Positions 38,688 through 49,198 of a DNA stretch of 64,000 bases are shown one piece after another. The stretch's first letter is position 1. The number at the start of each line of letters is the position of its first letter. The stretch is from Acetobacteraceae bacterium. GTDB lineage: Bacteria; Pseudomonadota; Alphaproteobacteria; Acetobacterales; Acetobacteraceae. The stretch covers positions 645 through 64,644 of the forward strand of contig SHWL01000007.1 of assembly GCA_009693865.1 (NCBI GenBank). Reading direction: 5' to 3'. Made by a program: the position numbers and the translations under genes. The notes beneath the pieces were generated by a model, which saw only the letters and a list, made by a program, of their open reading frames with translations, did no database searches and was not told where the DNA came from.

Positions 38688-39101
38688 ATGCGCTATTGGC
38701 TGGTCAAATCGGAACCCGACGCGTTTTCCTGGGATAATCAGGTCGCCAACGGCGTCGAACCGTGGACCGGCGTGCGCAACCATTCCGCCAAACTGAACCT
38801 CAAAGCCATGAAGAAAGGCGACCTTGCCTTCTTCTACCACTCCAACGTCGGCAAGGAGATCGTCGGCGTGGTGGAGGTCGCGAGGGAAGCCTACCCCGAT
38901 ACCTCGGCCGAAAAAGGCGATTGGGTTTGCGTCGACATGAAAACGGTGGCACCCGTGCCAAAGCCAGTGACCTTGGTGGCGATCAAGGCGGAACCGGCCC
39001 TGGCCGGGATCCCGTTGATCCGCCAATCGCGGTTGTCGGTCATGGAATTGAGTCCGGAACATTGGTCCTTAATATGTGAGATGGGTGAATGGAAACAATA
39101 A
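38688..39101 (+). CDS. EVE domain protein
   Basis: YWLVKSEP, WTGVRNH, GDLAFFYHS, RQSRLSV. Confidence 0.93.
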   Translation: MRYWLVKSEPDAFSWDNQVANGVEPWTGVRNHSAKLNLKAMKKGDLAFFYHSNVGKEIVGVVEVAREAYPDTSAEKGDWVCVDMKTVAPVPKPVTLVAIKAEPALAGIPLIRQSRLSVMELSPEHWSLICEMGEWKQ

Positions 39102-39451
39102 TATCAACGGAAGCGCGTGCCCTGTGCCGCGTCGAGGAAATCGCCGACGGCGGCACCGTGGGGTTTCCCCCGGCGCCCGGAGGTTTCAGCGGTCTGGTCG
39201 CCTACCGTAAAGGCGAGGACGTCAAGGTCTTCGTCAACTCGTGCCCGCATATCGGCACGCCATTGGACTGGATGCCCGATCAGTTCATGTCCAGGGACGG
39301 CAAATACATCATCTGCGCGACGCATGGCGCTGCCTTCGCGCCCTTGACCGGGGAATGCCTGCTCGGGCCGTGCAAAGGCGATTATCTGGATGTCGTGAAG
39401 TTCGAGATCAGGGACGGTGTCATCCACGTCCCCGCCAGCGCCGGTTTGTAA
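39089..39451 (+). CDS. Rieske (2Fe-2S) ferredoxin-like protein
   Basis: NSCPH...CATHGA..GPC. Confidence 0.9.
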   Translation: METIISTEARALCRVEEIADGGTVGFPPAPGGFSGLVAYRKGEDVKVFVNSCPHIGTPLDWMPDQFMSRDGKYIICATHGAAFAPLTGECLLGPCKGDYLDVVKFEIRDGVIHVPASAGL

Positions 39452-39484
39452 CGTCCAGCCACCAGCGGCAAAGGAACCTCGCTT

Positions 39485-41437
<1,953 letters not shown>

Positions 41438-41446
41438 CCGGTGCGG

Positions 41447-42013
41447 ATGCGGCGGGAGGAGCCCTGCGACAGCGTGGCCGTGACGGTCACGTTCCTGCGC
41501 ATGGACGCCCCGCCGGTGACACCCGCTCCGCCGTTGCCTGAGAAGATGAAGACCGAGGCGTTGGCGGCACCAACCGTCGGGTTCTACCGGTATCTGTATA
41601 ACACGGTGGGCCGCGATTACGTCTGGTGGCTGCGCCGGATCATGCCGGACGACGATCTGACGATCCTGCTGCGCGACCCGTGGGTGGGGTTGCACGTGCT
41701 GTATAAGGATGGCGAGCCGGCGGGGTTCTTCGAACTCGACGGCCGTTACGGCCACAACGTCAACATAAGCTATTTCGGTCTGATGCCGCACATGATCGGT
41801 ACCGGCGCCGGACCGGGCTTTCTGCGTCAGGCCATCGACGCCGCCTGGGCCTGCGGGCCGCGCACGGTGACGGTCAACACCTGCACCGCGGATCACCCTC
41901 GCGCGCTGCCGAATTACATCCGCGCGGGCTTCAAACCGTTACGCGCGGTGCGGGAGGTCTGGGACGTGCCCTGCCATCTTGGACTGCGCATTCCCGATCA
42001 CCTGCGGGTTTGA
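41447..42013 (+). CDS. GNAT-family N-acetyltransferase
   Basis: FYRYLYNTVG, YFGLMP..IGTGAG, NTCTADHPRALPNY..AGF. Confidence 0.85.
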   Translation: MRREEPCDSVAVTVTFLRMDAPPVTPAPPLPEKMKTEALAAPTVGFYRYLYNTVGRDYVWWLRRIMPDDDLTILLRDPWVGLHVLYKDGEPAGFFELDGRYGHNVNISYFGLMPHMIGTGAGPGFLRQAIDAAWACGPRTVTVNTCTADHPRALPNYIRAGFKPLRAVREVWDVPCHLGLRIPDHLRV

Positions 42014-42070
42014 TGGAAGCGCGCCTGCTTCCAACGGCCCAGGCGATCGGCCTGCCGTGCCACCCCCACC

Positions 42071-42173
42071 CCGTCATCCACGGGCTCGTCCCGTGGACCG
42101 GTCGCGGTACCGTGCCGCTTCAGGTCTCCGGAACAAGCCTGCCCCTGCGAAGGCGGGGGTCCGCGGACGACGG
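42071..42173. repeat. REPIN-like doublet with a 22-bp mini-hairpin insertion
   Basis: CCGTCATCCACGGGCTCGTCCCGTGGACC...; right arm interrupted by CCTGCCCCTGCGAAGGCGGGGG (42138-42159). Confidence 0.7.
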
Positions 42174-42221
42174 GGTGGGGCAAGAGTCAAAACGCAGGAC
42201 CGACGGTATAAATCCCGGGTC

Positions 42222-43382
42222 ATGACACAGGCCTCAGAGCCCATCGCGCTCTATATTCACTGGCCCTTTTGCCTGTCGCGCTGCCCTTACTGCGACTTCA
42301 ACGCCCATGTCCGGGAAGTCATTCCGCAGGCTCGGTTTCGCGATGCGTTGCGACGCGAATTGGCCTCGGAGGCGGAACATTTGGGCCGGCGAACGTTACG
42401 CTCGATCTTCTTCGGTGGCGGGACGCCCAGTTTGATGGAACCGGAGACGGTGGCGCTGCTGCTGGAAGACGCGCGCGGGTTGTTTGATGTGCAGAACAAT
42501 CTGGAAATCACGCTGGAGGCGAACCCGACCAGCGTCGAAATCGGCCGCCTCGCCGCGTTACGCGAAGCCGGGGTCAACCGGATTTCCATCGGCATTCAAA
42601 GTCTGGAGCCGGAGGCATTGGCAATGCTCGGGCGGCGGCATTCGGTGGAGCAGGCGATCGCCGCGCTGGAAATCGCCCGGCGGCTGTTTCCGCGGGTCTC
42701 GTTCGATCTGATCTATGCGCGGCCTGGGCAGACGATCGCGGCCTGGCGGTCCGAGCTGCGGCGGGCACTGGACCTCGCCGCAGACCATTTGTCGCTGTAC
42801 CAACTGACCATTGAGCCTGGCACTAATTTTGAGGCGCTGCACAGGCGGGGTGAGCTTGTGCTGCCGGAGGACGATCTTGCGGCGGAACTGTACGATGCGA
42901 CACAGGAAGAGGCCGCACGATTCGGGCTGCTGCCCTACGAAATCTCGAATTATGCGAAGCCGGGCGCGGAGAGCCGGCACAACCTGCAGTATTGGCGCTA
43001 TGGCGATTACGCGGGCATCGGTCCGGGCGCGCATGGCCGGATCACGTTGGGCGACCGGCTGTTCGCGACTCGCCGTCACCGCGCTCCGGAGCCATGGGCT
43101 GAGCGCGTTGAGCGGGTGGGGCACGGGACGACTGAGGAAATCGCTCTGGAGCCCAGGGAGATGGTTCGGGAGATGCTGCTGATGGGGCTGCGGCTGGCGG
43201 AGGGCGTGTCGGCGGTCCGATTCCTCGCCCGCACCGGTCAAGCGCTGGAAAGCGCGCTCGACGCGCAAGCGCTTCAGCGGGCTGAGGCGGAGGGATATGT
43301 GCTCTGGCATGACGGGAGGCTGATCGCAACCGAGGAAGGGCGTCGGCGGTTGGATGCCTTGCTGCCGTTCCTGGTGCTGTGA
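42222..43382 (+). CDS. hemW: Radical SAM heme chaperone HemW
   Basis: LYIHWPFCLSRCPYCDFN, FFGGGTPS, EANP, YEISNYA, HNLQYW. Confidence 0.93.
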   Translation: MTQASEPIALYIHWPFCLSRCPYCDFNAHVREVIPQARFRDALRRELASEAEHLGRRTLRSIFFGGGTPSLMEPETVALLLEDARGLFDVQNNLEITLEANPTSVEIGRLAALREAGVNRISIGIQSLEPEALAMLGRRHSVEQAIAALEIARRLFPRVSFDLIYARPGQTIAAWRSELRRALDLAADHLSLYQLTIEPGTNFEALHRRGELVLPEDDLAAELYDATQEEAARFGLLPYEISNYAKPGAESRHNLQYWRYGDYAGIGPGAHGRITLGDRLFATRRHRAPEPWAERVERVGHGTTEEIALEPREMVREMLLMGLRLAEGVSAVRFLARTGQALESALDAQALQRAEAEGYVLWHDGRLIATEEGRRRLDALLPFLVL

Positions 43383-43483
43383 CCTTGGACCTGGGTCGTG
43401 ACGTCTCGGCCGGTTCCTTATGGCGGCACCGGTCATGACGCCGCCGGCCTCGTGACGAGCGCGAATTCGGTCCGTCCCGCGCT

Positions 43484-43789
43484 TTAAGGCGCCTGGGCGG
43501 CCGCCTGTTTCGCCTTGGCGATGGTCACCTTGCGCTTCAGTTCCTGGCCACGCGTGGTCAACTTGGAGGCATTCTTGCCCAACAGGAACGCGTCGATGCC
43601 GCCGTTGTGCTCGATCGTCCGGATTGCCCGGGTCGACAGGCGCAACCGGATCGACTCACCAAGAGCGTCCGACAGGAGCGAGGTGACCTGAAGGTTCGGC
43701 AGGAACCGGCGGCGGGTCTTGTTGTTGGCGTGGCTGACATTGTTGCCACTCAACACGCCTTTGCCGGTGATCTCACAGCGTCGCGACAT
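43484..43789 (-). CDS. rpmB: 50S ribosomal protein L28
   Basis: [34 protein letters not shown]. Confidence 0.98.
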   Translation of the reverse strand: MSRRCEITGKGVLSGNNVSHANNKTRRRFLPNLQVTSLLSDALGESIRLRLSTRAIRTIEHNGGIDAFLLGKNASKLTTRGQELKRKVTIAKAKQAAAQAP

Positions 43790-43823
43790 ACCCTGGGTGC
43801 CCTCTGGTCGATAAGAAGCCGGG

Positions 43824-43852
43824 CTTATGACGGTGAGGCGCGCGTCCGTCAA
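43824..43852 (-). promoter_or_regulatory. Putative sigma70 promoter of rpmB
   Basis: Minus strand TTGACG-N17-CATAAG. Confidence 0.6.
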
Positions 43853-43918
43853 GGACGAACCCCCGGTTTTCCGGCTGTCGCGCGTGAAACGAATGGCGCC
43901 TGGTCCTGGACGAACCAT

Positions 43919-43953
43919 GAAAAATGACCCGGCCCTCCGAAGAAAGCCGGGTC
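43919..43953 (-). terminator. Intrinsic terminator with cUUCGg tetraloop and no upstream minus-strand gene
   Basis: GACCCGGCTTTC-TTCG-GAGGGCCGGGTC-ATTTTT; the G-U pairs form only on the minus strand. Confidence 0.75.
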
Positions 43954-44030
43954 GAAGTTTGGTCCGGGTTGACCTGGGCCACAAAATGGCCCGACGACCG
44001 GCGCGTGTGGTTGGGGGCACACCGGGCGAA
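43919..44030 (-). ncRNA. Candidate small RNA (~110 nt)
   Basis: Three short hairpins, then AAACTT, then a terminator, in a divergent intergenic region. Confidence 0.4.
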
Positions 44031-44248
44031 TACAGCAACCTAAGGTGGCAAACGAAGGGCGGCGTGACTCAAACCGCAGACCATCGTGAATTCGTCATAA
44101 CAGACGATTTTTGATGCCAATGGCGGCCGCACCGTCCCTGACGCCGCCCGTTTCGCGGTCCGGGTCTTGAGCAAAACGCCGTCCGGGCGGACTATCGGCC
44201 CGATTATCCGAATGGGCCACCGGCCCGGCCATACTGGAGGACGCAAGA

Positions 44249-45466
44249 ATGCCTGAAAGCCCCGCCGACAAGGCGCTGATCGAACAGAGCCAGACCCGGC
44301 TGCCGTTGAACGGCATCACGGTCCTCGACATCACGCTTGCTCGCGCGGGACCCACCGCCGTGCGCCACTTCGCCGACTGGGGCGCGAATGTGATCCGGAT
44401 TGAGCCGCCGCCCTCGGACGGTGAGGACGTCGCGGGACGCCGCCATGGGTTCGACTTTCAGAACCTGCACCGGAACAAGCGCGCGATGACCCTGAACCTC
44501 AAGACGCCGGAGGGCCACGCGGCGTTCATGCGGCTGGTGAAGACCGCGGACGTGGTGCTGGAGAACATGCGCGCCGACGTGAAGCACCGGTTGAAGGTGT
44601 CGTACGACGATGTGAAGGCGGTCAATCCGCGGATCGTCTTCGGCTCGATCTCGGGCTTTGGGCAGACCGGTCCGTACGGGCCGCGCGCCGGGGTGGACCA
44701 GATCGCCCAGGGAATGGGCGGGCTGATGTCGATCACGGGGTTGCCGGGTCAGGGGCCGGTGCGGGTAGGCATTCCGATCGACGATCTGACGGCGGGCAAT
44801 CTGCTGGCGCTTGGCTGCATGATGGCGTTGTACGACCGGGAGCGGACGGGCGTCGGCCGCTGGGTCACGACCAGCCTGCTGGAGGCGCAGATTTTCATGC
44901 TCGACTTCCAGGGCAGCCGCTGGCTGATCGAGAAAGAGATCGCGGGCCAGGCGGGCAACGATCATCCGACGGGCATTCCAACCGGCGTGTTTCCGACCAG
45001 CGATGGGCATATCAACATCGCCGCCAGTTCGTCGCGGGTGTTCGCGCGGTTCTGCGAGACCATTGGCAAGACGGAATGGTTGCAGAAGGAAGAGTGGAAA
45101 ACTCAGATCGGCCGTAGCAAGGACCGGAAGACCATCAACGCGATGATCTCCGAGGTCACGCGGACGAAACCGGCCGAGCACTGGATTAATGCGTGCGAAA
45201 GTAATGGCATTCCCTGCGGGCCGATTTACACTATCGATCAGGTGTTCGCCGATCCGCAGGTGAAACATTTGGGCATGGCGACAGTCATGAACAGCCCGTA
45301 TATCGGGGAAACGGAGGTTGTCGCGTCGGCGATCAATATCTCGGGTTTCTCCAAGGCGATCAGGCGTCATACTCCGGACGCGGGTGAGCATCAGGATGAG
45401 ATCATGAAGTCGGTCGGATATACCGATGCCGAGATCGCGGACATGCGCGCGAAGGGAGCGATCTGA
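44249..45466 (+). CDS. Class III CoA-transferase (CaiB/BaiF)
   Basis: AGPTAVRHFADWGA, HRNKR, GSISGFGQTGP, QGMGGLMSITG. Confidence 0.92.
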   Translation: MPESPADKALIEQSQTRLPLNGITVLDITLARAGPTAVRHFADWGANVIRIEPPPSDGEDVAGRRHGFDFQNLHRNKRAMTLNLKTPEGHAAFMRLVKTADVVLENMRADVKHRLKVSYDDVKAVNPRIVFGSISGFGQTGPYGPRAGVDQIAQGMGGLMSITGLPGQGPVRVGIPIDDLTAGNLLALGCMMALYDRERTGVGRWVTTSLLEAQIFMLDFQGSRWLIEKEIAGQAGNDHPTGIPTGVFPTSDGHINIAASSSRVFARFCETIGKTEWLQKEEWKTQIGRSKDRKTINAMISEVTRTKPAEHWINACESNGIPCGPIYTIDQVFADPQVKHLGMATVMNSPYIGETEVVASAINISGFSKAIRRHTPDAGEHQDEIMKSVGYTDAEIADMRAKGAI

Positions 45467-45467
45467 G

Positions 45468-46283
45468 ATGTTGGAGAGAGTTGGAACAACCGAGTACGCC
45501 AACGGTAAAATGCTGGCGGCGCGGGATGGCGGGATCGGGCTGGTGACGTTCAACCAGCCCGAGAAGCGCAACGCCATGTCGATGGAGATGTGGCTCGGAC
45601 TGGGTGAAATCCTGGACGCGTTCGAACAGGACGACACGATCGGTGTGGTCGTGATGGCCGGTACCGGGGACAAGGCGTTTGTTTCGGGGGCGGACATCAG
45701 CCAGTTCGCGAAGAACCGAAACAGCGCGGAGACGCAGAAGGAATACGACCGGATCACCGGGATCGGGCGGGAGAAGTTCCATAATTTCTCGAAGCCGATC
45801 ATCGCCAAAATCCGAGGCTTCTGCATGGGTGGCGGACTGGCGATCGCGATGGCCACCGATCTGCGGATCGCGACGCCTGACAGTCAGTTCGGGATTCCGG
45901 CGGCTCGGCTTTCGGTCGCGTATGCGCCAGACTCGATCACGCGATTGATCGATCTGGTTGGGCCGGCGCATGCGCGGATGATTTTGTATACCGCGCGGCG
46001 GATTGGCGGGGTTGAGGCCGAGCGGATCGGGCTGATCAATCAGTGCGTTCCGGTTGAGGACCTGGACGAGACGGTGATGGGTATCGCTCGGGCAATTTCG
46101 GAAAATGCGCCGTTGTCGGTGCGGGCGTCGAAACTGACGATTACCGAGATGCTGAAGGACGAGTCGAAACGGAATATGAGGGCGATCAAGGAGATTGGGG
46201 AGATTTGCTTCAACTCCGCCGATTTCAAGGAAGGGCGGGAGGCGTTCATGGAGAAGCGGGCGCCGCGGTTTTTGGGGAGGTAG
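45468..46283 (+). CDS. Enoyl-CoA hydratase/isomerase family protein
   Basis: NQPEKRNA, AFVSGADI, GFCMGGG, EGREAFMEKR. Confidence 0.92.
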   Translation: MLERVGTTEYANGKMLAARDGGIGLVTFNQPEKRNAMSMEMWLGLGEILDAFEQDDTIGVVVMAGTGDKAFVSGADISQFAKNRNSAETQKEYDRITGIGREKFHNFSKPIIAKIRGFCMGGGLAIAMATDLRIATPDSQFGIPAARLSVAYAPDSITRLIDLVGPAHARMILYTARRIGGVEAERIGLINQCVPVEDLDETVMGIARAISENAPLSVRASKLTITEMLKDESKRNMRAIKEIGEICFNSADFKEGREAFMEKRAPRFLGR

Positions 46284-46346
46284 GGGCGATCGTTCAGCAG
46301 GGCCTTAGCCGAATCAACAAATGGCGGTACGGGGGAGAGAATCTGC

Positions 46347-47021
46347 ATGATCTCAATAGATGGTAGGTGGCGTGACCTCTGCGGCGGCATGGCGCTCGCA
46401 ATGTTGCTTATGTGGCCAATTCGGGTATTCGCTCAGGCACCGACACCTATCGAGCAGGCTCCGGTAGATGCTACGGGTTTCAATATTAGCGGGGTTGCCC
46501 GCAATATGAGTGTGTTTCAAGTGGAGTCGCTGTTGTCCAATTTTTCAAACTCTGGATTTCCGTCAGTTGAACACCAGCCAAGCCAGTTGCGTCAGAGTTC
46601 GACGTTTGTAAAAAAAATGTCCTCCAAAAAAGATATTTACCAACTTGATGTTGTGTTCGGAGAAAGGGTACCGCCAGGTTCAGGAGGCGAGGAAGAAGTG
46701 ATAGCGGTCTCAATGACTACCTACAAACCAAGTCAGGTCGAGGCACAACAACTATTCGATGCGGATATACAAAAATATGGGAAACCAACTCTGCAATACA
46801 CCGCCAATGCGGCCAGTGGCGCTGCTCCATCGTTTTGGTGGTGTCAACGCGTAGAAAAACGTTGGGATGGATTGAAATTATGTGACTCCCCGCGTCTTTA
46901 CTTGACGTGGAATAACTATGTATTTTACCTAACTCTGGAAGATCCAAACTACGCGGTACGTTTGCAGCAATATGTTAACTCGGTACAAATGAATTTAAAC
47001 AGAGGCAAGCCTCCGCTGTAG
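46347..47021 (+). CDS. Low-GC hypothetical exported protein (likely horizontally acquired)
   Basis: Signal-peptide-like N-terminus (VFA|Q); visibly AT-rich codons versus neighbours. Confidence 0.65.
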   Translation: MISIDGRWRDLCGGMALAMLLMWPIRVFAQAPTPIEQAPVDATGFNISGVARNMSVFQVESLLSNFSNSGFPSVEHQPSQLRQSSTFVKKMSSKKDIYQLDVVFGERVPPGSGGEEEVIAVSMTTYKPSQVEAQQLFDADIQKYGKPTLQYTANAASGAAPSFWWCQRVEKRWDGLKLCDSPRLYLTWNNYVFYLTLEDPNYAVRLQQYVNSVQMNLNRGKPPL

Positions 47022-47069
47022 ACATGATGACGATCTGGCTTCGTGGTGATGAAGAATCCAGAAGGGCCA

Positions 47070-47255
47070 GCTCCCCGCGTCCCAGAGAGCTACGGGAAGC
47101 AGTATTCCCCGACCAGGGAGCCACCGAGTGAGGAGGAGAATACGTGGATTCCGAGGGTGGACGCGCTCGTATCGGTTCTAGATGGTTGCATAGTGCGGGA
47201 GTCAGACCATCCCCCGGTCTCCTCCCGCGCAGGACGCTGAGTAAATTTGGTCGGG
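47070..47255 (+). other. Structured non-coding element, possibly an orphan IS110/IS1111-type non-coding end
   Basis: Several nested stems (47108-47115/47248-47255; 47193-47201/47222-47230; 47204-47208/47216-47220); family assignment from recollection only. Confidence 0.35.
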
Positions 47256-47301
47256 ACGCCATGAAATCGCGTTATTCCGTCGACCTCTTCGCATTCGAGT
47301 C

Positions 47302-47745
47302 TTACGCGGCCCCTGAGCGGTCCTCAAGGTGATCGATACGACCACTAAGTGTGCGCACTTGACGAATCAGAGCATTGATCTGCTCGCTCAGACCGCCGAC
47401 ATCTTCCCGGGTCGTCTTCATCAAACGCTCGGCGCGCTCAATCGCGTTGAATTGAACGACATCGTCATCGCGCTGCGTAATCAGCCGGTCTTGTAACCGA
47501 TCGATCCGATTCATGATCTCGGTCCGCGCCTGAGCAAGGTCGGCTTCCAGCGCGGCTACCCGATCTTGCAACCGGTCGATCCGGCCCATGACCTCGGTCC
47601 GGGTCTGAATGAGCTCGGCTTCAAGCGCGGCAAGCCTGTCGCGGATTTCCGTACGAAATTCACGAGCCTCGTCGCGGGTCTCCGCAATCGCTGCGAGAAT
47701 GAGTTCCAAGGTAGCGTCGCTCACGGTACGGTCTTTCAAATCCAT
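47302..47745 (-). CDS. Coiled-coil hypothetical protein with a 25-aa tandem repeat
   Basis: DRLAALEAELIQTRTEVMGRIDRLQ / DRVAALEADLAQARTEIMNRIDRLQ. Confidence 0.7.
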   Translation of the reverse strand: MDLKDRTVSDATLELILAAIAETRDEAREFRTEIRDRLAALEAELIQTRTEVMGRIDRLQDRVAALEADLAQARTEIMNRIDRLQDRLITQRDDDVVQFNAIERAERLMKTTREDVGGLSEQINALIRQVRTLSGRIDHLEDRSGAA

Positions 47746-47821
47746 CCTGTTCGCCGCTTATACCGCCTCCCCCGCCGTACCGCATCACCAATCCGCCGAT
47801 CGACCCCGATCGACCCCCCCG

Positions 47822-48478
47822 TTACTCCGACGCCCCCCGCAACGCCGCGCCCGCGGCCAGCGGACACATCGGCAACGCCGCCATCAGCAACCCCGCCAAC
47901 AACAACAAATGCGGCCTGGGCGACATTCCCGTCGCCGCCGAGTCAGCCGCTGCCACGCCAAAAATCAGCACCGGCGTCACCAACGGCAGCACCAGCAACG
48001 GCAACAGCATCCCCGCTCGCCGCGCGCCCACGACGATCGCGGCGCCCGCTGTACCGAACAACGACAGCAACGCCGTCCCCGGTACCAGGCCCATCAGCAA
48101 CGAAGGTATCGCCTCCTCCGGCATCCGCAGCATCAACGCGAGAGGCGCCGCCGCCAGCAGCAACGGCAAACCGGTCACGATCCAATGCGCCAGTGTTTTC
48201 GCCGCCGCGATGCCCATCCCCGGCACACCCGACAGCAGCAGTTGATCCAACGACCCATCCTCAAAATCCGCGCCGAACAGCCGGTCCAGCGACAGGAACG
48301 CGGACAGCAGCGCCGAGACCCAGATGATCCCCGGCGCCATGCGGCCCAAAGTTTCAGGGGCCGGACCGATGGCGAGGGGGAACAATGAGACGATCAGCAG
48401 GAAGAACAGCACCGCGGCAAGCGTGTCGGCGCCGTGCCGCACCGACAGCCTCAACTCTCGAACAAGGATCGCGATCAT
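47822..48478 (-). CDS. ccmB: Heme exporter protein CcmB
   Basis: LFPLAIGP, DFEDGSLDQL, LPLVTPVLIFG. Confidence 0.95.
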   Translation of the reverse strand: MIAILVRELRLSVRHGADTLAAVLFFLLIVSLFPLAIGPAPETLGRMAPGIIWVSALLSAFLSLDRLFGADFEDGSLDQLLLSGVPGMGIAAAKTLAHWIVTGLPLLLAAAPLALMLRMPEEAIPSLLMGLVPGTALLSLFGTAGAAIVVGARRAGMLLPLLVLPLVTPVLIFGVAAADSAATGMSPRPHLLLLAGLLMAALPMCPLAAGAALRGASE

Positions 48479-49074
48479 GGCGCGGCCAATTGGATTGTCT
48501 CCGCCCCCGACAAAGGCAGCACGACATGGGTGGCGGCGACGATCATGCCGCCGTGGTCGCGATGGCGGGACAACAGGGCGCCCAACCGCTCCACTGCCGC
48601 ATCGTCCAGACCCAAGGTGGGCTCGTCCAACAACCAGAGCGGGGCGGAAGACAGGCTGACCCTCGCCAGGGCCAGGCGGCGCTTCTGGCCCGCGGAAAGC
48701 ACGCGCGCGGGCAAATCGGCCAACGCCTCCAGCCCTAGTTCGAACAGCGCGGCGGCGGCGGAACGGCCGGACAGACGGGCGGCGAACTCCAGGTTTTCGG
48801 CCGCTGTAAGACCTGGTTTCAGCGCATCCTGATGGCCCAACAGCGCGACACGCCGCCCATGCGCCACGCGATCGGCCCGCACGTCCGCGCCGGCCCAGAG
48901 CAGCCGCCCAGAGTCCGGCCTCGCCAGGCCCGCCAGCAGCCGCAACAATGTCGACTTTCCCGCGCCATTGGGGCCAGCCAGAATCAGGGCGCCGCCCTTC
49001 AGCAGCGAAAAGCTCAGGCCCTGGAACACGAGACGCTCGCCCCTGATGACGGTGAGGTCTTCGGCTCGCAGCAC
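48475..49074 (-). CDS. ccmA: Heme ABC exporter ATP-binding protein CcmA
   Basis: GPNGAGKST, LSAGQKRR, WLLDEP; divergent from acnA. Confidence 0.95.
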   Translation of the reverse strand: MLRAEDLTVIRGERLVFQGLSFSLLKGGALILAGPNGAGKSTLLRLLAGLARPDSGRLLWAGADVRADRVAHGRRVALLGHQDALKPGLTAAENLEFAARLSGRSAAAALFELGLEALADLPARVLSAGQKRRLALARVSLSSAPLWLLDEPTLGLDDAAVERLGALLSRHRDHGGMIVAATHVVLPLSGAETIQLAAP

Positions 49075-49198
49075 GGAAACCCCTTTCAGAGCAGGCCGAT
49101 GGACGGCCCTTACATGGTGTGGTTAAAGCCCGGCTGGGTAATAGGACAATGGCGGCCCGGGGCCTACCCGCCGCCCGACAGCGGACGGGATCAACGGC

